Shown one piece after another: positions 27,150-41,236 of a DNA stretch of 64,000 nucleotides. The DNA lies in NCBI RefSeq assembly GCF_009914755.1, contig NC_060948.1; one strand, written 5' to 3'. How positions within the stretch are numbered: position 1 is the first letter of the stretch; each line of letters starts with the position of its first letter. The translations under genes and the position numbers were made by a program. Origin of the DNA: the human T2T-CHM13v2.0 reference genome, Homo sapiens. Below the pieces are notes generated by a model, which searched no databases, was not told the origin of the DNA, and saw only the letters and a program-made list of their open reading frames with translations.

Positions 27150-30100
27150 TTTGTGATAGGAAACACTAGGTCTTATTCATTTTTCTAACTATATTTTGGA
27201 GCCATTAATAATACTCACTTGCCCCTTCACCCCCACTAACTTCCCAGGCTCTGGTAATCATCCATCTACTGTCTACTTCCATGAGTTAAAATTATTTAAT
27301 TTTCAGCTCCCACAAATAAGTGAGAAAGCATGAATTTGTCTTTCTGTCCCTTGTTTATTTTACTTAACATAATAACCTCCAGTTACACCCACATTGTTGC
27401 AACTGACAGAATCTCATGTTTCATGGCTAAATAGTACTACATTTTGCGTAAGTACTACATTTTCTTTATGCAATCATCTGTTGATGGACACTTAAATTGC
27501 TTCCAGATCTTAGTTACTGTGATGATTGCTGAAATAAACATGGCAGTATAGATATCTCTTTGATATACTGATTTTCTTACTTTTGCGTACATACCCAGCA
27601 GTAGCATTGGTAGATCATATGGTAGTTCTATTTTTAGAATTTTGAGGAACCTCCAACCTGTTCTCCATAGTGGTTGTATTAATTTACCTTCCCATCAACA
27701 GTCTTTATGGGTTCCCTTTTCTCCACATCCTGGCCAGCATTTGTTATTGCCTGTCTTTTGGATATAAGCCATTTTAACTGAGGTGAGATAATACCTCATT
27801 GTAGTTTTGATTTCCATTTCTCCGATGATCAGTGATGTTGAGTGCCTTGTCATATACCTGTTTGCCATTTGTGTGTCTTCTTTTAAGAAATGTCTATTCA
27901 AATCTTTTTGCCTATTTTTTAAATGGGATTATTAGATTTTTTACTATATATTTGTTTTAGCTCCTTTTATGTACTGGTTATAAATCTCTTGTCAGATGGG
28001 TAGTTTGTAAATATTTCTACCCCTCTTCACTTTGTTGATTGTTTCCTTTGCTATGCAGAAGGTTTTTACTTGATGTGATCCCATTTTTATTTTATTTTAT
28101 TTTATTATTATACTTTAAGTTTTAGGGTACATGTGCATTTTTATCCATTTCTGCTTTGGGTGCCTGTGCTTCTGCTGTATTACTCAAGAAATTGTTAACA
28201 AGATAAATGTCCTGGAGATATTTCCCAATGTTTTCTTCTAGTAGTTACGTAGTGTGAGGTCTTAGAGTTAAGTCTTTAATCCATTTTGGTTTGATTTTTG
28301 TATATACACATCTAGTTTCATTCTTTTGCATATGGATATCTAGTTTTCATAGCACCATTTATTGAAGAGATCATCTTTTTCTCATCTTGGGAAACTTGTC
28401 AAAATTGAGTTCACTGTAGATGTATGAATTATCTCTGGGTTCTCTATTCTGTTCTACTGAAGTATATGTCTGTTTTTATGCCAGGACCATGTCATTTTGG
28501 TTACTTTAGTTCTGTAGTGTAATTTGAAGTCAGATAATGTGACTCCTCTTGTTTTGTTCTTTTTGCTTAGGATATTCTGGGTGTTTTATGGTTTTCATAT
28601 TTCCATGTGGAAACATGGAATATCTTTCCGTATTTTGTGTCCTCTTCAACTTCTTGCATCAATGTTTTATAGTTTTTTTGTAGAGATCTTCCACTTTTTT
28701 GTTTAATTCCTAGGTATTTTATTTGTAACTATTGTAAATGGAATTACTTTCTTGATTTTTTTTCAGATTGCTTACTGTCAACATATAGAAATGCTACTGA
28801 TTTTTGTATGTTGATTTTGTATCCTGTAACTTTACTGAATTTGTTTATAAGCGCTAATATTTTTTGGTGGACTTTTTAGGTTTTTCCCAAGCCTAATATT
28901 ATATTGTCTGCATATAAAGATAATTTAACTTTTTCCTTTCCAAATTAAATCCCTTTTATTTCTTTCTTTTGTCTGATTGCTGTAGATAGGACTTCCAGTA
29001 CTATGTTGAATAAGAGTGGTGAAAATGGGCAACCTTGTAATGATCCAGATCTCAGAGGAAAAGCTTCCTTTTTTCCAATTTAGTATGATACTAGCTAAGG
29101 GTTTTTCACATATGGCTTTTACTAGGTGGAGGTATGTTCCTTCTAAACCAAAGTTTCTGCGGGATATTATCCTAAAGGAATGTTTAATTTTAGCACATGC
29201 TTTTTCAGCAACAACTGAAATGGTCATATGTTTTTTGCCTTTCTTTTTGTTGATTTGATGTATCACATTGATTGATTTGTGTATGTTGAGTCATCCTTGC
29301 ATCCCAAGGATTAATCCCATTTGGTCATGATGAATGATCTTTCTAATGTATAGTTGAATTCGGTTTGCTAGTATTTTGTTGAGAGCATATGCATCAGTAT
29401 TCATCAGAAATAATGGCCTGCATTTTCTGGTGTTTTTTTTTCTCCTATGTTTCTTTATCTAGTTTTGGTATCAAGGTATAACTGGCCTTGTAGAATGAGT
29501 TTGGAGGTATTTCTTCCTCATCAATTTTTTGAATTGTTTGAGTATAATTGGTGTTAGTTCTTTTTTAAGTGTGTGGTAGAAATTAGCAGTGAAGTCATTG
29601 AATCCTGGCCTTTTATCTGCTGGGAAACTTTTTATTATGGCTTCTATCTTGTTCCTTCTTATTGATTTGTTCAGGTTTGTGATTTCTTCATGATTCAATC
29701 TTGCTAGCTTATATGTGTCAAATAACTAGCCATTTCTTCTAGATTTTCCAATTTATTGTCATATAATTGCTCACAGTAGCCCCTAATAATCTTTTGGATT
29801 TCTCCAGTATCAGTTGTAATATCTCCTGTCTCTGATTTTTTAAATTTGGGTTTTCTATATATTTTCTTATTCTGTCTAAAGTTTAATTAATTTTGATTAT
29901 CTTCAAAAACCAACATTTTGTTTCGTTGATCTTTTATATTGTTTTCTTCATTTTAATTTCATTTATTTCTGCTCTGATCTTTATTTCTCTCATTTTCTTC
30001 TACTAATTTTGGGTTTGTTTTTCTTTTCTTCTCTAGTTCTTTAAGATGCATTGTTAGCTTGCTCATTGACCCGCTGGTTATTCAGGAACATATTATTTAA

Positions 30101-30662
30101 TTTTCACATTTGTATAGTTTCCAAAACTTCTCTTGTTATTGACTTCTAGTTTTATTTTTTATTCCATTGTTGTCAGAAAAGATGCTTGATATCATTTCAA
30201 AGTTTTTGAGTGTTTTAAGACCTGTTTATAAACCTGGTTTATGGTATATCCTTGAGAATTATCCATGTACTGGAGAAAAAAATGCATATTCTGCAACCAC
30301 TGCATAAAGTGTTCTACAACTATCTATTAGGTCCATTTGGTGTATAGTGCAGATTAATTCTTTACTCTTCCCTCTCCTCTTCTCAAGCAGAAGATAAAGG
30401 TCTCTTTTGGAGCTGCGAGCTTTGAAGCCTGGGGTTGTGATACAGGTGGTGCAAGCACTCCATTTGCCACTCTGGCTGGTGTCTTAGTAGACCATGTGTC
30501 CTCCAAGTGCACTGGCTCTGAACTTAGTTCAGCGCTAGGACTCACCTAGGAGTCACCGTCCTTGTGCCCTAGATTGCCTTTCAAGTTTACTTTAGGCCCC
30601 AGTGCACTTTATGCCACAGTGGCAAGGCTTGCTGAAACTCAAGTTCTGAGCACTGAGATTAG
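27150..30662 (-). mobile_element. LINE-1 (L1MA-like) with 3'UTR and ORF2, then a 5'UTR-like piece (30357-30662) after a large internal deletion
   Basis: L1MA-type 3'UTR (TTCCCAGGCTCTGGTAATCATCC); ORF2 remnants ([32 protein letters not shown]); abrupt jump at ~30357 to GC-richer 5'-type sequence. Confidence 0.9.
28091..28135 (-). mobile_element. Ultra-short young L1PA 3'-terminal insertion nested in the older L1
   Basis: TTTATTTTATTTTATTATTATACTTTAAGTTTTAGGGTACATGTG(CA) matches the L1PA terminus at 56760-56800; flanked by CATTTTTAT at 28082-28090 and 28136-28144. Confidence 0.85.
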
Positions 30663-31486
30663 TATTTCCTTATCAGGCCCCACCTACATCCTGCTGATTG
30701 GTCCATTTTACTGAGAGCTGATTGGTCCGTTTTGACAGAGTGCTGATTGGTGCATTTACAATCCCTGAGCTAGACACAGAGTGCTGATTGGTGCATTTGC
30801 AATCCTCTAGCTAGACATAAAAGTTCTCCAAGTCCCCACCGGACTCAGGAGCCCAGCTGGCATTGCCTAGTGGATACTGCGCCAGGGCCTCGGGTAGAGC
30901 TGTCAGCCAGTCCCGCGCCACGTGCCCGCACTTCTCAGCCCTTGGGAGGTTGATGGGACCAGACGCCACGGATCGGGGGCAGCACCCGTTGGGGTGGCTC
31001 AGTCCGCATGTGAGCCCACGGTTGGGCAGGGGAGGGCTTGGGCATGGTGGGATGCAGGTCCTGAGCCCTGTCCTGCAGGGAGGTCATTGAGGCCCGGTGA
31101 GAATTCGAGTGTGGCGCAGGCGGGCCGGCAGTGTTGAGGGACCCAGAGCACCCTCCACAGCTGCGGGCCCGGGTGCTAAGCCCCTCACTGCCCAGGGCTG
31201 GTTGTGCCAGCTGGCCACTCTGAGTGTGGGGCCCGCCAAGCCCGCACCCACCCAGAACATGTGCTGACCCGCGAGTGCTGTGCGTAGCCCCGCTTCCTGC
31301 CTGCCCCTCTCCCTCCATACCTCCCCGCAAGCAGAGGAGCCTGTTTTGGCCTCAGCCAGCCCAGAGAGGAGCTCCCAAACAGTGCAGTGGTGGGGTGAAG
31401 GGCTCCTCAAGCATGGCCAGAGAAGATGCCAAGGCCGAGGTGGCGCCCAGAGCGAGTGAGGGCTGCTAGCACGTTGTCACCTCTCA
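30663..31486 (-). mobile_element. LTR12 (ERV9/HERV9) LTR, U3 only, 3'-truncated
   Basis: Minus-strand start TGAGAGGTGACAACGTGCTAGCAG; CpG-rich body; CCAAT boxes (ATTGG at 30697, 30721, 30746, 30787); ends at GTGGGGCCTGATAAGGAAATA. Confidence 0.93.
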
Positions 31487-31984
31487 CTACTATATGGGCA
31501 AATGAACCAGTACTAATTCCAGAAAAACAGTGATTCTTCATTAATTCAGCTTTCTAAGAAATTTTACTATTGAAATATAAAAGGCTGGCAAGCCTTATTA
31601 TTTAGAAACGATAAGGTACAAAATTATTAAATATAAATACAGGTCATAGAAATAAAATTAAATCCTTATCACTTAAAAATATTTCTAGAAATGATCTTCC
31701 CTAAGATTATGTTGAGTATTTCTGTGAAATTTGTAATGTTCATAACTGTAAAAGAAAAGAGGAATTAGTCATATAATGCGTGTTTAAAAAAAAAAAGTCT
31801 AGTGTAAAAATACAAAGACTTATATAGGTTATAAGATGCTTACTTACACAGTAAATCTAAAAGCAGTAAAAAGCTATTTATAGGACTAATTCATCTTTTA
31901 CTTCATAAATATAAATTTTGTAGGCAACCAATTTTATTATCTTGATATCAATTTCTGTATTTTTTAAATATCCTCTTCAGAAAT

Positions 31985-32175
31985 AAATTTTACTGTGTAT
32001 AATTAAGATATCAACATGATGTTATGCAATATGTATAATATAGATAATAAAGAGTTTAAAAATATACTTATCTACCAGGAATCTCAAATACAATACTATT
32101 GTGAGCCATAGTTCTCATGTTGTACATAAAATCTCTAGACTTGTCCATCCTATGTATCTGTTACTTTGAAATTTC
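31985..32175 (-). mobile_element. L1MA-type 3' end fragment
   Basis: CTCATGTTGTACATAAAATCTCTAGACTTGTCCATCC motif. Confidence 0.6.
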
Positions 32176-34494
32176 TGTATTTTAATAATGCCTACCTATA
32201 TTAGAGTAAGAAAGAGATGCCTTATGGCATTCCAATTTTAAATTGTGTGAAGTAAATCTTTTTTTGTTGCCTTCTTTTTAAATTTATACCTAAATAACTT
32301 GATGAGTCTCTCGAATGAATTAGATGTGTGATCTATAGAAAACAAAAAGGAGAAAGTTTATTTGATTTTATTTATGAGAAATTTTAGAAAAGCCTATTGG
32401 TAGAGCAGTGATTTAGATTGTAACATCCGTTTTTAGGGATGAAGAGGGGGAGAGCTTATTCCTCTCTTCAATTTACATTTTCATAAATCTTAGAAGATTT
32501 CCCCTCTGTTTTCCTAGGATCAAGTGTCAGTTATTAGAGATAAATCTTTTCTCAACTTTTACAGTGTCAGTAAAGCAAAGAGCTCTTTGAACAATTTTAT
32601 TGTACCTTTTACAAAGTCAGAATTGAAGACAATCAATAATGTTTTCCAATATCTTTTTAAGGTGGTTTCACATGGCAAATGTCTCTGAATTGATACAATA
32701 AAAGTACATTTTTCTTTACTCTAAAACAAACCCAAACTATGTAAACTACACATTTTCTTGTCACATTAACTTCTAATAGTATCATAGCCAAAATCATTTA
32801 TGGAACTAACCTTACCCATGAGCTTTCTAACAAAACATCAGGGCACCTAACTATATGAAAAAAAACATAACCAGAATTAAAGAGAGAAATTGAGAGTTCT
32901 ATAATAACATAGATTACTTCAAAATCTTAATTTTAAAAATAAATAAACAGTCACATAGTAAGATCAATAAAGGAAGTATAATATTGGACAACACTACAGA
33001 CCAATTAAACTTAACAGACATACGTAGAACACTCTGGCCAAGAATAGCAGAATACACATTTTTGTCAGGTAAACATAGAACACTGTCCTGCGTAGACCAT
33101 ATGTCAAGACACAAAACAAGTTTTAAATAATTTTTAAGATTAAAATCCTGCAAAATATATTTTCTAGTCACAATGGAATGAAACTAGAAATTAATAGCAG
33201 GAGAAAAACTAAAATATCTACAATTGTTTGGAAATATCTTGAAATAAATGAAAATGAAACCAAAATGCATGGGATACAGGAAAAATAGTAAAAGAAAAAT
33301 TTATAGCTGTAAATGCTTGCAGCTTAAGAAAAGAGAGACCAAAAATCAACAACATCAAACTAACAGTCTAAATTTACACCTTATGTGACTGGTGATAGCA
33401 GAGCAAACCAAACCCAAACTAGCAGAAGAAAAGAAAGATTACAGCAGGGATAAATAAAACAATGTATAGTAAAACAATAGATAAAATAAATAAAATCATG
33501 AGTAGATTATTTGAAAATAACAAAATTGACAAACTTTTAGCTAAATTTAATTAGAAAGGAAGAGAGAAGACTCAAATAACTAATATGAGAAAGAAAAGGG
33601 AAAATTACAACCAATTTTTCAGGAACATGAGGGATTACGAGAGAATACTGTGAACAATTGAACGACAACAAATTTGATAACCTGGATGAAATAAAAACAT
33701 TTCTATATCACACAACCTACAGGACAGCATAATGAAACAAAAATAGAAAATCTGGACAATCCTATTACTGGTAAGAAGATTGAATCAATAATTAAAACTG
33801 CCCAACCAAGAAAAGCCTAGGACCTGATGGCTTCATTGGTGAATTCTACCAAACATGTAGAAGTATTAAGACAATTCTTTTAAAATTATTTCAAAAAATT
33901 GAATACAGAAGACTTTCAAATTCATTCTATGAGGCCAACAGTACTCTGACACTAAAGCCAGACAAAGATACGACAAGAGAAAACAAACAAACCTACAAGC
34001 TAAGGTCTTTGATTAACATAGATGCAAACATTTTCAATAAGACACTAGCAGAGAGAATTCAACAGCACATTAAAATGGCTGCACACCATGATCTAATGAG
34101 ATTTATTCTTGGGATGCATACATGGTTCAACATATAAAAATGAATCAATGTAATATGTCACATTAACACAATGAGATTTTTAAATCACATTATTTTGTCA
34201 ATATATGTGGAAAAATTACTTGACAAAATTCAGTATTTTTTATGATAAACACAACCAACAAAGTAGGAATGGAAAAATAAACTACCTCTACATAATAAAG
34301 GCCATATATGAAAAGCCAACAGTTAAAAATATACTCAATGGTAAAGTACTGAAGATTATGCTTAATGATTAGTTACAAGAAAAAAATGCCTGCTTTCACC
34401 ACCTCTATTCAATGCAGTACTGGAAGATCTAACAATTATGCAAGAAAAAAAAAAGTCATTCAAATTAGACATGAAGTAAAAATATCTCGGTTTA

Positions 34495-34858
<364 letters not shown>

Positions 34859-34946
34859 AACACAGAAGATTCCATAAAAAAAAACCGCTAAAATGTATTC
34901 AAAAGATTTCAGGATGCAAAATAAACACACAAAACATTAATTGCTT

Positions 34947-35279
<333 letters not shown>

Positions 35280-35485
35280 TAACAATTAATAATCAAAAAA
35301 GGAAACTGAGAAAACAATTCTACAATCAATAGCATCAAAATAAATACTTGTAAATAAATCCAACTGAGGAGTTTAAAGACTTGTACATTAAAAATTATAA
35401 AACATGGCTGTAATAAATTAAAAGAGACACAAATAAATATATATCCTATGTTCATGGATTGGAACATTTAATTTTGTTCAAATGT

Positions 35486-35843
35486 TATCATGGACTGAAT
35501 GTATGCACGCAAAATTTATAAGTGGAAATATTAACCCCCTAAGTGATGGTACTAGAAGTTGGGGCCTTTGGTAGGTGATTAGGTCATGAGAATGGAGCCC
35601 TGATAAAAGGTATTAATATTTTTGCAAGAGACCCCAGAGAGCTCCCTTGTTCCTTTCACCATGTAAGGACACAGCTGGAAGACCATTATCTAAACCAAGA
35701 AGAAGGCTCTCATTAGACACTGAATCTGCTGGCATCTTGATCTTGAACTTTTTAGTGCCCAGAACTGTGAGAAATAAAATTTTGCTGTTTATTCAGCCAA
35801 GTGTAATGTATTTTCATTCTAGAAAACAAAGCTGAGTAAGACA
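35486..35843 (+). mobile_element. MaLR solo LTR (MLT1A/MSTC-like)
   Basis: ATGGACTGAATGT...GGGGCCTTTGGTAGGTGATTAGGTCATGAG...CCAGAACTGTGAGAAATAAA...TAAGACA; TSD AATGT/GATGT; the host L1 resumes correctly afterwards. Confidence 0.9.
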
Positions 35844-36957
35844 GATGTCAATACTACCCAAAGCAACCTACAGATAAAATGTAATCCCTATCAAAAACCA
35901 ATAGTATTATTTGCAAATGTGGAAAAATACATTCTAAAATTAATATGTAATCTCAAGGGACCCTGAATAGCCAAAATAATATTCAAAAAAAACTGTTGGA
36001 GAGTCTTACATATTCTGATTTTAAAAACAATTATAAGACTACACTAATTATAACAGTTTATGGTACTTGTGTAAAGACAGACATATAGACAAATGTAACA
36101 GAATACAGAGCCCAGAAATAACCTTCACATATATGGTAAAATAATTTTTGACAAGCATGTCAAGACTGTTTGTTGGGAAAAGTACATTCTTGTCATCAAA
36201 AGGTGCTGTGAAAATAGGATATACACATTCAAAGCAATAAAATTGTACCCTTACCTTATACCTATATAAAAATTAAGGTTTAAGGCACTAAAAATAAGAG
36301 CTAAAACTGTAAAACTCTCACAGAAAAACATAAGGGCAAGTCTTCATGACATTGGACTTGGTGATAATCTCTTGGATATGATACTAAAATTATATGCAAT
36401 GAAAGCAAAAATATACAAATGAGACTATGTCAAAATCGAGGTCTACACAGCAAAGGACACAATCAACAGAGTGAAAAAATCAACCTACAAATATGGGAAA
36501 ATATTTGAAGATTATATATCTGATAAGGTGTTAATATCCAGGATATATGAGTTGCCACACTCAATAGTAAGTATGTGAAATGGTTACTAATCATTAGAGA
36601 AATGCAAATTAAAACCACAATGTAATGTCACTTCACACCCCTTAGGATTTTTTACTCTAAAAAAATTACAATTGTTGGAAATTATGTGGAGAAATTGGAG
36701 CCTTTGTGCACTCTTGGTAGTAACGTAAAATTGTACATTTGCTATGGAAAACAGTATGGTGGTGCTTCAAAAAATTAAAAATAAAATTACCATATAATCC
36801 TGCAATTTCACTTCCAAATAAATACCCAAAACAATTGAAAGCAGGTCCTCAAAGAGACATTTGTACACCCATATTTATAGCAGCATCATTCACAATAACC
36901 AAAATGCGGAAGCAACCCAAGTGTTTGATAGATGAATGGATAAACAAAATATGGTAT

Positions 36958-38598
36958 TCTCTTAGTCTGTCTGGGTGCTATAACAATATATTTTAGCGTG
37001 GGTAATTTATAAGCCATAGAAATGTATTACTCACAGTTCTGGAGGTTGGGAAGTTTAAGATCAAGGCAGATTTGGTATCTGGTGAGAGCATAATCTCTGC
37101 TTCATAGATGGTGCATTCTTACTACATCTTCACATGGAAGAAGGAGCAAACAATCTCCATCAGTATTTTTTAATAAAGGTACTAATCACATTTATAAGAA
37201 CAGAGCCCTGCTGACCTAATCACCCACCAAAGTTCTTACCTATTACTACTATAACCTTGGGAATTATGTTCCAACGTATAAATTTGGGAGGAACACAAAT
37301 ATTCAGATCATAGCATTCTGGCTCTGGCCCCACAAAATTTGTGCCCTACTCACATGCAAATTACATTCATTGTTATACCCCAAATTACAGAAGTTTTAGC
37401 TCATTCTGGCATCAACTCAAAATTCCAAAGTTCATAGTCTTGCCTAAATCCATCTAAATTGGATAGGGTTGAGACCCAAGATACAATTCCCCTCCAGACA
37501 TCCTGAGGCAAATCCCCATCCACCTGTGAGCCTGTGAACTCAAACAAGTTATGTGCTTCCAAAATTTCATACAGAAATGGCACAGGATAGACATTCTCAT
37601 TCCAAAAGGGAGAAATAGAAAATAAGTAAGGGGGCAACAGGACTTAAGTCCAAAATCACAAAGTAAAACAATATTAAATATTAATTATTGAGAATTATCT
37701 TTTTTACTTTATGTCCTTCCTTCTGGACACACTGGGGTAGGGATTGGGCCCCAAAGGCTGTCATAGCAGCTCCCCATGGCAGTACTCATGGGTTGGAGTT
37801 GTGTGCCTGTAGCTCTTCTAGGCTGGGGTTGCATGTTAGTGTCACTACTAGTTTGAGATCCCACAGGCAGCCACAGCTCCACTAGGCATTTCTATAGGAG
37901 GAGGTTCTCTGGTAGCCCCACCCCCATCACTGTACTTGGAATTGCCTTACTGGGGCTTCTCTATAGTGGCACCACCCCTGTGACAGTTCTCTGCTTGGGC
38001 CACAAGACTCTCTGGGGCATCTTTTGAAATCTAGGTGGAGGCAACCATGACCTTACAGCTCCTGCAATTCTACATTCTGGTGGAGATAACATTGGATGGA
38101 TGTCACCAAAGTTAACCATTTTACCCTCGAGAGGAGGGGCTACTATGGCTTATACCACACCAAAGCCCACTGGAGTCATACCTGGGGTAGAGTGCTGAGC
38201 CAGCATGTGGGGAGAAGGGACTTGATGTAGTATTGAACAACTAGTGCTGAGGTCCTACTGAAGCTCCTCTTTTGACATAGTTCTGTCCGTCAGCCTTGGC
38301 ACTCTGAAACTGATGGAAATGGCAATCAGTGATCTTGAAAATGCCTTCAAGGCCATTCTTCCATTGCTTTGTTGAATAACACCCAGCTTCAACTCATCCA
38401 TATTAGTCACCTTATAAAACGGGAACTTGGTTATAGCCTTGGGGGGTCTCTCCAAAACATGATTTGTCGTTTTTTACAACATGGAGAGGATGAAAATCTT
38501 CCAAATATTTTAAGCTATGCTTTCTTATTGATTACAAATCCCATCCAATCATTCCTCTCTTCACACATTTTACTATAAGCAATCAAGAGAAGCCACAC
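36958..38598 (-). mobile_element. MaLR LTR (~36958-37315) plus partial MaLR internal sequence, truncated
   Basis: LTR motifs CTCACAGTTCTGGAGG...AAGATCAAGG...ATTCAGATCATAGCA, followed by internal motifs CATTCCAAAAGGGAGAAAT and TGAAATCTAGGTGGAGG; no second LTR. Confidence 0.88.
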
Positions 38599-39160
38599 CC
38601 AGCTAACAGACATATGAGAAATTGTTTGATATCATTAGTCATTAGGAAAAGAAAATTAAAACCATAATGAGGTATTACTTCATACCTGTTAGAATGGCTA
38701 TTATAAAAAAAAAGTAAAAGGTAACCAGTGTTGGTGAGTATCAGAGGAAAGAAAACTCTGTACACTGCTTTTAGGAATGCAAATTATACAGCCTTTATGA
38801 AAAACAGTACAGATTTTCTTCAAAAAAACGAAAAAATAGTATTACCATATGATGCAGCAATTACACTACTGGATATATAGCCAAAAGAATTGAAATTAAC
38901 ATGTTGAAGAAACATCTACACTCCCATGTTTATTGCAACATTATTCACAATATCCAAAATATAAAATCAACCCAAGTTGCTATCAGTAAACAAATAGATA
39001 AAAAAAAATGCAATGTATATACAGGGTGGAATATTATTAGCCATTAAAAAGAAAATTCTTTCATTTGCAACAATGCGGGTGGACACAGAGGATATGATCC
39101 TAAGTGAAAGAAGCCATGCACATAAAGACAAATACCAATTATTCTCCTATGTGGAATCTA
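38599..39160 (+). mobile_element. LINE-1 3' fragment (L1MA-like)
   Basis: ATCATTAGTCATTAGGAAAA...CCTGTTAGAATGGCTATTAT...AAAGACAAATACC...ATGTGGAATCTA. Confidence 0.85.
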
Positions 39161-39431
39161 GGTAACTACAAACCTTCTGCAGGAGATTCAACAGTGGGCT
39201 TTACAAAAAAATAATGCCAAGAACAAAAGCACCAACTGTCTTTCAGGGAGCTGCTACCTCTGACACACTCATGTGTGTCATGAAAGTGGGGGAGTCAAGA
39301 AGCTCTTTATAGAATGGTTAACTTCATTATAATACTCATTCAGCACTAATACAGGAAGTGAACAGCTATCACTACCCACCATAACTGTCTCTCAACACTC
39401 ATGAGCTGTTGAGTAGAAACTGGATGGCAGA

Positions 39432-39494
<63 letters not shown>
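39432..39494. repeat. Compound (CA)n(GA)n microsatellite
   Basis: Directly visible. Confidence 0.97.
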
Positions 39495-39904
39495 TTTAAC
39501 ACTTCAAGAATTTGATTGCCAGCAGCAATCACCAAAGCAGTATGTAAATGTCCCCTGATTCATCTTCCTCTTCTAAATTTTTCAGGCAACACGTAACAGT
39601 CAGTATCAAATTTACTTCTATAACTTTAGTGTAAAAGGGGTCTGGATATAGAGTCATTAGTTGTCTAGCCTCAGCATACTAGAAGGAAGCTTAAATGGAC
39701 ATTTAGACCAAATTATACATGTCAATAATAATATACTAAAAAAAGGATGTTTTTATGGCTATTCTTTATACCAAGTTAAGTGCATATGTTATATTCTCAT
39801 AGCCAGGCCATAAAAGCAACCTGATCAATTATCTTAGATTTTATTTAAGAAAAATATTATTTTACAGACTTAGACTTACATGAAGTCTTAGGTGGCAATT
39901 AGTA

Positions 39905-40440
39905 TAAATTATCTATTACTCAATAACAAAGTACCCCAAAACTTAGTATTTTAATGCAACAATCACTTATTATTTCTCAAGGTTTCACATGTTGACTGAG
40001 TGGTTCTTCTAGAGTTGCCTGGCCTCATTCTCATGCATACAGTCAGATGGCAGATTATCTAGTGCCAGATGATTTAAGATGACCTCCCTCATATGTCTAT
40101 AGACTCAACTGGGATACCTGGTATAATTGGGATGTCTTGACATCTCATTACATGTGGCCTACTATCCTAAGATTTTTATAGCCTTTTGTCTCAGAGTCAC
40201 AAAATGTTAAAAACAGAAGTGTTAAGCTCTTATGAAGTATAGACTCAGAATAGGCACGACATCACTTCCCTAACAATCCATCAGGCAAAGTAAGTCATAG
40301 GAGCAACCCAGTTTTAAGGAGAAGAATAAGTAGACACCACTTCTTAATGGGAGGAATGCAAATGTCACATTATTTTAGGAAAGGATAAAATAGACTCTTG
40401 TTCTCAATGGAAAAAAATGGCAATGTCACATTGAAAAACA
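39905..40440 (-). mobile_element. Old MLT1-type LTR (degenerate)
   Basis: TAACAAAGTACCCCAAAACTTAGT...ATTATTTCTCA...CATCACTTCC...AAAGTAAGTCA...TTAATGGGAGGA. Confidence 0.7.
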
Positions 40441-40556
40441 TTCACTATAGAAAATATTGTCACAATTATTCATATGTTTCAAGATCCATTTGACACATGG
40501 ATGATTGAATTTATAATTTTAATGTAAATATTGAGATTTGAGAATATCAGGATATA

Positions 40557-41236
40557 CAGATTGTGATGGTTATTATTGGTTGTTAACTTGACTGGATTGA
40601 AGGATGCCTATATGGTTGACAAAGTAATCTTTCCGGGTGTGTCTGGGTGTTGCCAGAGTAGATTGACTGACACCTGGGAGACGAAGACACCCTCAATGTG
40701 GGTGGGAAGCATCCAGTGCAAATAGAACAAAGCAGATGGTGAAAATGGGATAAAGAGCATGCTGAGTCTTCTCAAACTCTCTCTTTGCCTTTGATGGATG
40801 CTTTGCTTTCTTTCCTCCTGCTCTTGTACATCAGACTCCTCGTTCTTCAGGTTTTGAACTCCAAAATTTGCACCAGTGGCCTCCCAGGGACTCTCAGACT
40901 GAGATATACACTGTTAGCTTCCCTAGTTTTGAAGCTTTTGGATTTGGACTGAGCCACTACCAGCTTCCCTATTTCCCTAGTTTGCAGAGAGCCTATTGTG
41001 TAAGCCAATTCTCCCTAATAAACTTCCTTTTATAATATATATGTATTATTGTTTCTGTCCCTCTTGAGAACCCTGATTAACTCACACATGGTTCTAAACT
41101 TATAATGGTTCAATTTATAATTTTTTCATTTTATGATGGGTTTATCAGGGTATTAAATGCATGTTTGACCTCTGATATTTTCATCTTATGATGAGTTTAT
41201 TAGGACATAACCTCATCATAAATTAAGGAATATCTG
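40557..41236. mobile_element. MER47/Tigger5-type MITE split at its left TIR by an MLT2 LTR
   Basis: TA|CAGAT ... GGTTCTAAACTTATAATGGTTC ... ATGGGTTTATCAGGG ... GGAATATCTG|TA. Confidence 0.7.
40562..41084 (+). mobile_element. MLT2 (ERVL) solo LTR, MLT2B-like
   Basis: TGTGATGGTTA...AACTTGACTGGATTGAAGGATGCC...AATAAAC...GAGAACCCTGATTAACTCA; TSD CAGAT/CACAT. Confidence 0.9.

Noticed and set aside
30863-31469. Overlapping GC-rich ORFs and CpG-island-like region as a host gene promoter
   Set aside because: Fully explained by the LTR12 U3; GC-rich sequence has few stop codons.
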